A stretch of 64,000 nucleotides of DNA from assembly GCF_009914755.1 (NCBI RefSeq), contig NC_060936.1. One strand, given 5' to 3'. The position numbers and the translations under genes were made by a program. This DNA is from the human T2T-CHM13v2.0 reference genome, Homo sapiens. Position 1 is the first letter of the stretch. Each line of letters begins with the position of its first letter. The notes below the pieces were generated by a model, which saw only the letters and a program-made list of their open reading frames with translations, did not search any database and had not been told where the DNA came from. Of the stretch, positions 57,316 through 64,000 are shown one piece after another.

Positions 57316-57859
57316 GTCAGAAGTAAGTTTATGGCTGGTGTTGAGGCCAGGAGAAGGGAATTGGGGAAGAAAGATCTAAACAAACCCCAAGCACACAAAC
57401 ACAAGTTGCATTTGTCCCCTGTGGCACCCCACACCTAGAGGCGCATGCCTACAGGTGTGACTACATAAACTCATGCCGGGTGGCTGGGCTGGAGAGGAGG
57501 GAAGGCCTTTAAGCGTGTGCATGTCCTATTTGTTCCTGGAAACTTGTCTCTAACTGCAGGCTGCCTGTTTCCCCGTTTAAGCTTCTTCCTGGCTTTTAAT
57601 GCTATTACATCTTCGTTTCAGAAACTGGCTTTTTTGTGATTCTGTCCCTGGACTGCATTTTCCATCCCTCCCTCCGTCCCTTTCTTATTCTGCTACCTCC
57701 TGCTGGCAAACCCATCTCTCTGCCCAGCTAATCCCTCCATGCTCTGTGGATTCTTGGGGTCAACTCCGTGTCATATTTGCTTTTGATTTCCTCCTCTGCT
57801 CCCCGAACGACTTGGGTTCTATGTAGCCATGATGCGGGTCCCAGACCAAAAAGTAACTT

Positions 57860-58375
57860 TGCTTAGGTTTTAAAAATTCTATCAATTTTTTCCCCTCTTT
57901 TAAATAGACTTTTAAAGAGCAGTTCACAGCGAAATTGAGCAGAACAGAGTTTTCTTATCCTCCCCCCTGCCCCACACAGGCACAGCCTCCCCCGCCATCA
58001 GCATCGCCCACCAGAGGGTCCATTAGTTACACTTGATGAACCTGCAGTGACACGTCATTATCGCCCAAAGTCCATAGTTCACGTGAGGGTTTACTCTCGG
58101 TGCTGTACGTTCTATGAGTTTTGACAAATTTATAATGACACGTACCCACCATTAGAGCATCATACAGAAGAGTTCCACTGCCCTAAAAATCCTCCGTGCT
58201 CTGACCATCCCTCCCTCCCTCCCCCTCACCCCTGGCACCCTCTGATCTTTTTATTGTCTCCAAAGTTTTGCCTTTTCCAGAATGTCATCTAGCTGGAGTC
58301 ATTCCGCATGTAGTCTTTCAGACTCACTTTTTTCCTTTAGTCATATGCATGTAAGCCATATCCATGGCTTTTCCT
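57860..58375 (-). mobile_element. L1MC/MB-type 3' end
   Basis: ttcacagcgaaattgagcag...cccaaagtccatagttcacgtgaggg...ttttgccttttccagaatgtcat. Confidence 0.8.
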
Positions 58376-59306
58376 GAATCAGTTCTTCCCATTTTTTTTT
58401 TTACCCCTTATTGACTGTCCTCTCGTGTAACCAAGACAGCCACCACAGCAGGAGAAAGAGAGGTGAAGGCACAACCTCGCAGCTTCAGACTCTGAGCCTC
58501 CAAAGAGTGCTTTGGGAACCCTGGGAAACTCGCCCAACCCCCCCCCCCCCCACCCAACACACACACACCCACAAACCGTCTCTGCATGAGGCCAGCTTCC
58601 CTAGATTCTTGTCTCCCCCCACCGCCCACCCCCCACCATTCCCATCAAGTCCCATAAAAATATCAAACAAGAAAGTAAAATCTCTCCCTGTTTTTCAAAA
58701 GCAAAACTTTAACGAATGGTCTTTGATCCACAAATGTAATTAGCATTAGAATTGGAGATGGAACGGATATTTGTCTAAAAGCATTAATTTAAATCCTGGC
58801 CCAGTTTTTTTCCTTATCAGTGCTCTAATTCTAACAGTGCCTGTGGCAGAATCAGAAATCAGAGGGAAAGAACAAGTGGGTCTTCATGCAGCTAGAATGC
58901 AGGGGAAAATTACGTGGAAAACATTTTCAGCATCCACACGCAAGAGTTGGAGTGACCCAAGGAAGGGAGTTAGGTTTGCATATTATAAACCCAAATTTGC
59001 CACCAAGACATAAATGATGGACCATTTTCACTGACCATGGTTTATCTTCATGTTTTCTTTCTCATAATCAACAAGGAAAACGGTAAAGTGCTAAGAACAG
59101 AAGCTTCCAGCCATTGTCCTCTGGCCACCAATTGATTTGCCTGTAAGTTTCCTTCCCTGGAATTTTAGGCGTTGTCATATGGTGCTTATAGGCAATTATT
59201 TTACAGCCAACGTTGAAGAGTTCAAAGGAGGGTTTTGGAGATGAAAGACCTTTATATTATTTAAAGTGGAAGGGACATTTAAATCTAAATTATTCTCGTC
59301 ATCTGC

Positions 59307-59685
59307 TGTATTAGGGAACTTGGGTGGCCATCCCAAAGTACCATAGACCATGTGGCTTAAACAGAAATGTACTCTCCCTCAGTTCTGGAGGCTGGAAGTC
59401 CAAGCTCAAAGTGTCAGCAGGGCTGGTTCCTGCAGAGACCTCTCTACTTGGCTTGCAGATGCTGCCTCCTCCCTGTATCCTCACGTGGTTGTTCCCCTGC
59501 ACATGTCTGTCCTAATCTCCTCTTGTAAAGACATCACTCAAATCCGATTAGGGCTCACCCTAAAGGCCTCATTTTAAGTTAATCACCTGTTTTAAAGCCC
59601 TATATTCAAGTACAGTCACACTCTGAATTACTGAGTATTGAGACTAAGGTATTAATCTCGGGAGAGACAAATTCAGCCCATAGCA
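59307..59685 (-). mobile_element. MLT1A/B-like solo LTR
   Basis: tgtattag...cagttctggaggctggaagtccaag...attcagcccatagca; near-TSD tctgc / cctgc. Confidence 0.85.
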
Positions 59686-60879
59686 CCTGCTCTGCAAACC
59701 ACCCTGCAAGATCCAACCTCTTGCCCCACCAGCAGGAGAACCAGGTCCTTCCCTGATCTAGAAGCCCCCTTGGTACGCCCAACCCCAGGCCTTCCAGTGG
59801 GGAAATGCAGTCTCCGCAGCCACAGAGAAGCCAGAAGCCCCCGAAAATCAGCCACCGAGTGGCGCCACTGCTCTCTACCACCTCGGTAACCGAGCTCCCT
59901 GCAAGTTGAGTTATGCAAATAACTTCCGCGTGTTTGACACTTTGTTCTCCCTTGCTCCTGAAAACCCGCCGCAAAGCTTGCCATGCGCCCCGCGTCATCC
60001 TGGCGTCTGCCTCCTTTGGCAGGGGAATTAATGGTTTTTTAGAGGTTAATAACTTGTTGGTGTTTCCCCATTCCCTTGATGGCGTTGTCATCTTCCATCT
60101 TTTTTCATTTCCTAAGGAGGAAAATAACTTCTGCGGAACAAAGGCTGGGCAACTGCGCCAAAGGCAGCCCTCAGAACCTTATCAAAGCCACAGCGGAGTG
60201 GGAATAATTACTCATTCTCAGCTGGGGGTGTCAGTAACGCCATCTGAGCACAAGGATCACTCATTCCTTTCAACAAGGAAAATTAAAAAGAACACGCAGA
60301 AGAAATTCTGGGGAGAGGCCAGGGACACAAAGGCAGCCAAGACGGTGGCGGCCACCCTCCACTCAAGGGCTGCTCCTCAGAGGCAGTGGCCGTCCTAGCT
60401 CTAAATGGTGTTTAAAAAAAACCCTAGCATGAGGAAGAAGAGAAACAAAACCTTAATCTTCTTTTTTGAAATTTGAAAAAACAAAAAAACATCTGATGAT
60501 AAGGAAATGGGGGTGGTGAGTTGAAGGACTCTCTTTTATTTAATAATTTATTAGGCTGCTCTTCAGAAAAGTCGGCTCTGCTTCCATTTTTCTATTTAAA
60601 AATCAGTGTAAACTCATAGGAGAGGACAGCTAGGAGCTCCCTCCCGACGTCGGGTGGTCCAGCCTCCAGGCAGAAGCAACCCAACTGGAGGGTCAGTGAT
60701 GGAGACCTCAAATCAAGTCATGGCCAAAGCAAATAACGTGCCTGTCAAATGCCACTGTGACTGTAACCTTCTCCCTGAGTAGTTTCCCTCTCCAGAAGAG
60801 CATGTGATGGGGACAAGACCCCTAAAATTAGAGACGTGAAACGTATTCGGCAGGGAAGGTGGTTAACAGGAGAGCATCT

Positions 60880-61622
60880 GTGCGCACGTTTGTATGGGAG
60901 AGTGGCATGTACATGTTTGTGTAGGTGGGTCAGTATGTATACACATGTGTGCATCTGTTTGCATATGTATGAGTTTGTGGGTGTGTGCATGAGTTTTGTG
61001 AGTGTGTGCGTGTGTGTATGAGTTTGTGAGTGTGTGCATGTGTGTGCATGAGTTTGAGTGCATGCATGTGTGCATGGGTTTGTGTGTACATGTGTGTGCA
61101 TGAGTTTGTGTGCGTGTGTGTGCATGAGTTTGTGAGTGTGCGTGTGTGCATGTTTGTGAGTGTGTGCATGTGTGTGCATGAGTTTGTGAGTGTGTGCATG
61201 AGTTTGTGAGTGTGTATGAGTTTGTGAGTGTGCGTGTGTGCATGAGTTTGAGTGTGTGCGTGTGTATGAGTTTGTGTGTGCAGGAGTTTGTGTGTGCACA
61301 TGTGTGCATGAGTTTGTGAGTGTGTGTATGAGTTTGTGAGTGTGTGCACGAGTTTGTGAGTGTGCATGTGTGTGCATGAGTTTGTGTATGCATGAGTTGT
61401 GTGTGTACATGAGTTTGTGAGTGTGTGCATGTGCGTGTATACGAGTGAGTGTATGCGTGTGTGTGCAGGAGTTTGTGAGAATGTGTGTGTGCATGTTTGT
61501 GAGTCTACATGTGAGTGTGTATGTGAATACATCTGTGTACATGTGTATGAGAGAGGTGTGTGTGTATGAGCGAGTGTGTGTATGAGATTGCACGTGTGTG
61601 CCTATGTGTGCATGTGTGCATG
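60880..61622. repeat. TG-rich VNTR, recurrent unit ~CATGAGTTTGTGAGTGTGTG
   Basis: The GAGTTTG core recurs about 20 times, separated by variable (TG)n/(TGCA) linkers. Confidence 0.92.
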
Positions 61623-64000
61623 TTGAGGAGGAAGGACAGGAGGCTCTCCCCACCTCCACTGTCACGCTGATCCATTCAACAGATTCCTCTGTGAGCTGAC
61701 TGTGCCAGAGCCTGGCTGAACTGAAGGCCTTGGCAGCTGTGAAACATCCTCTGGTCTTCCTCGAGGCTGGGATAGTCTTTCTTCCTTTCACTTGGTAAAC
61801 TTGGATCATGACTACATGTTGTTCATGGAAGTGTGTCCCATCTGCCCACGGGATTCCCACTCTTTGGGGGATCAAATATATATGATTAGTGGGTGGACCA
61901 GATGGCAGGAGCACTGAGATAAGAGCCAGGGAAAGAGCGGGGAAATGGCTGGGCAAGCGCCCAAGTCAGTTCCTACGAATGTCCGGAGGCAGCGTGAGCT
62001 GGCGTCATACATGCCTTGGGAAGATACCTGTAATCTCACATGTACAAGTGTAAGTGTGTATCTAGTCTCTGCCCTTGAGAGAAAGCCAAACAGCTCACCA
62101 CCAGGATAACGCGCGAGGGCCAGCTGGGTTGCGGGTGGTCTAAGCTCCACGCAGAAAGGGAGAAGGGGGTGCCCCTTTCAGAAGGGACCATGTCCTCAAT
62201 GAGAATCTTTTGTCTGGATGGCACCCCTGCATCTGTGAGTGCCCACCTTACACAATGGCCACGACTCTCAGCTTCTTCCTTCAAAGCTCAACACGCCCTC
62301 CATCACACAGTGATCTGATTTGCCATAATAAAAAATATAAATACGTATTCAATAATACATAAAGAATAACAAAAATGCATTCTTTGTATAGAGACACACA
62401 GGTAGAGGGTAGTTGATCAGGAGTAGACAGAAGGACCTCTTTTTCTTTAAACAGTCACCCTTTGTACATGATTGAGACAAGACCTGAGTGGTGGCTACAG
62501 TAATGGACCAGACAGGCAGGAGAAAAGGAATGGGTGCTCCGACAACAGCAGGTTTTGGCCTTTGTCTGCTTAGTGGGAGGAGCTGGGTGAGGCTTCGTGG
62601 TCCTTCCTGGGATTTGCTTTTTGCCTGTGGGAGGGACTTAAACAGTAAGGGCCACCCTGCATAGGCAGTCTTGGGTGCTGTTTCAGACAGGGGCTCCCAC
62701 TGAGGTCGTGAGGACGACAAAGCTCGTGGGATTGCAGGCTCAGGGCCTCCAAGGGAGGACGCCTTCCTTCCTGGAATAAACAAGTGTATGGCCTTCTTCC
62801 CCCACCCCTCCCCCAGCACACACACACCCACTCTCCCTGGTGGGAGTCTGCTTAGCTTTTCCATAATAAAAATAGTCCATACATGGTGTGTATTCTACAA
62901 GACTGGTAGAACTGTATTCAAAATGAGTTGAGTACCAGGGGAAAACGCGCTCTCCATTGTCAAAAAGAAATGGTTGGTAGAGCTTTGATTTTTTTTTTTC
63001 CTTTAAAAAAAGCAGTAGCTACTTTCAAAGTCAGGAGAGGCAATTTTTTTTTTAACACAAAGAAAGAGCAACAGCAGGGTGTTCCCTTCCTCTGTCTGTG
63101 CCCTTTAAAATTCCAGCTTCAGGATATGCTATTAATTTTCTCCTTTCTTTTCTGGATGAGATTTCGAAAAATACCCATCCTGCTGTAAATCTCTGGGCGA
63201 ATTATTTTAGGATGGTTTGCTCTTTGGGATGTGGAATGGGCAGGAATTCCTTCACCCAGAGCTCCCTGAACCATCGGCCTCGCACCCTGTTCCCACCCCA
63301 AGAGTAACTGGTGACCACATGGCCCACGTCCTGCTGGTCCCCCAGCAAAGCAAATGAAAACCCATCAGGTCTGCCTGCCTCCATTGCCACATAATGCAGG
63401 GATGTGTCTCTGCGGTGACCCCAGGGCCAACAGTTATTGTGAGCGGGTCAAAGCGCTGAATATCAATAGACTCTTTCCTGAGCCCTGCAACCCACCCTCT
63501 GCCTGGAATGTAAGCTTCTGTCACACACGCTCACCTTTGCCCCAGCCATCTTCACGGCTTCTCACTTCAAAGGATGTTCTTCACGTGGAAAATGCTTTAT
63601 GGGAAAAAAATGGTCATAGCTACACAATTATTTTAGAAACTCCGCATTGTATTTTAACGGAGGGCAGATGCCCTGGCTAAAGTCTGCAGGGCTTTCAAGA
63701 TTAAGATCTAAATCCTGAGGTTTAGAAACAGGAACGTCAGAAGTACAATCATCCCAACTACGAGCCTATTCTTTGCTCCTTGAAATGGATTAAATTAAAG
63801 GACGAGTCTCATTTTGACAACTCACCTCACCATTGTCAAACAAAGGTAACACAGTCCCAGTGCTAATGAAGCAGTTTTTTTTTTGAAAGTGGAATTACAC
63901 TGATGATTATTTCATAACTCTTGGAGCCTTCAAACAACAGCTACTTTGAAACGTCGGCTGTGCCAGGCAAGAAGTCTGCTGACCTCGCAGTACCCGAATT

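Noticed and set aside
60745-61956. 403-aa His/Thr-rich ORF (and similar ORFs at 28.7-29.3 kb and 34.2-35.0 kb)
   Set aside because: Artefact of (CA)n-rich repeats that lack stop codons.

Overview
Primate, almost certainly human, genomic DNA beginning inside the single-exon FZD10 (Frizzled-10) gene; in human this is distal 12q24.33, from recall. The CDS is 86..1831 (581 aa) within a CpG island, followed by a ~1.05 kb 3'UTR with a poly(A) signal at 2855-2860. The remaining ~61 kb has no recognisable protein-coding gene. It is a mosaic of Alu, L1 (young L1PA and old L1M), L2, MIR, MaLR/ERVL solo LTRs, hAT-Charlie relics, TG-rich tandem repeats and repeat-free motif-rich islands that may be enhancers. 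Almost all other ORFs in the track are repeat-derived or chance ORFs. I found no convincing new gene system. The best second-look items are: (i) two inverted L1PA 3' ends 27 kb apart, about 6-7% diverged by eye but sharing 61- and 65-bp identical tracts, possibly gene conversion; (ii) a ~285-bp local duplication pasted into an L2 1.75 kb away; (iii) a repeat-spacer minisatellite with a palindromic core 1.8 kb past the gene end; (iv) a twin-priming inverted L1; (v) a miR-15/16 8-mer at the expected cleavage site. Repeat subfamily calls come from recalled consensus sequences, and boundaries of old repeats are approximate.
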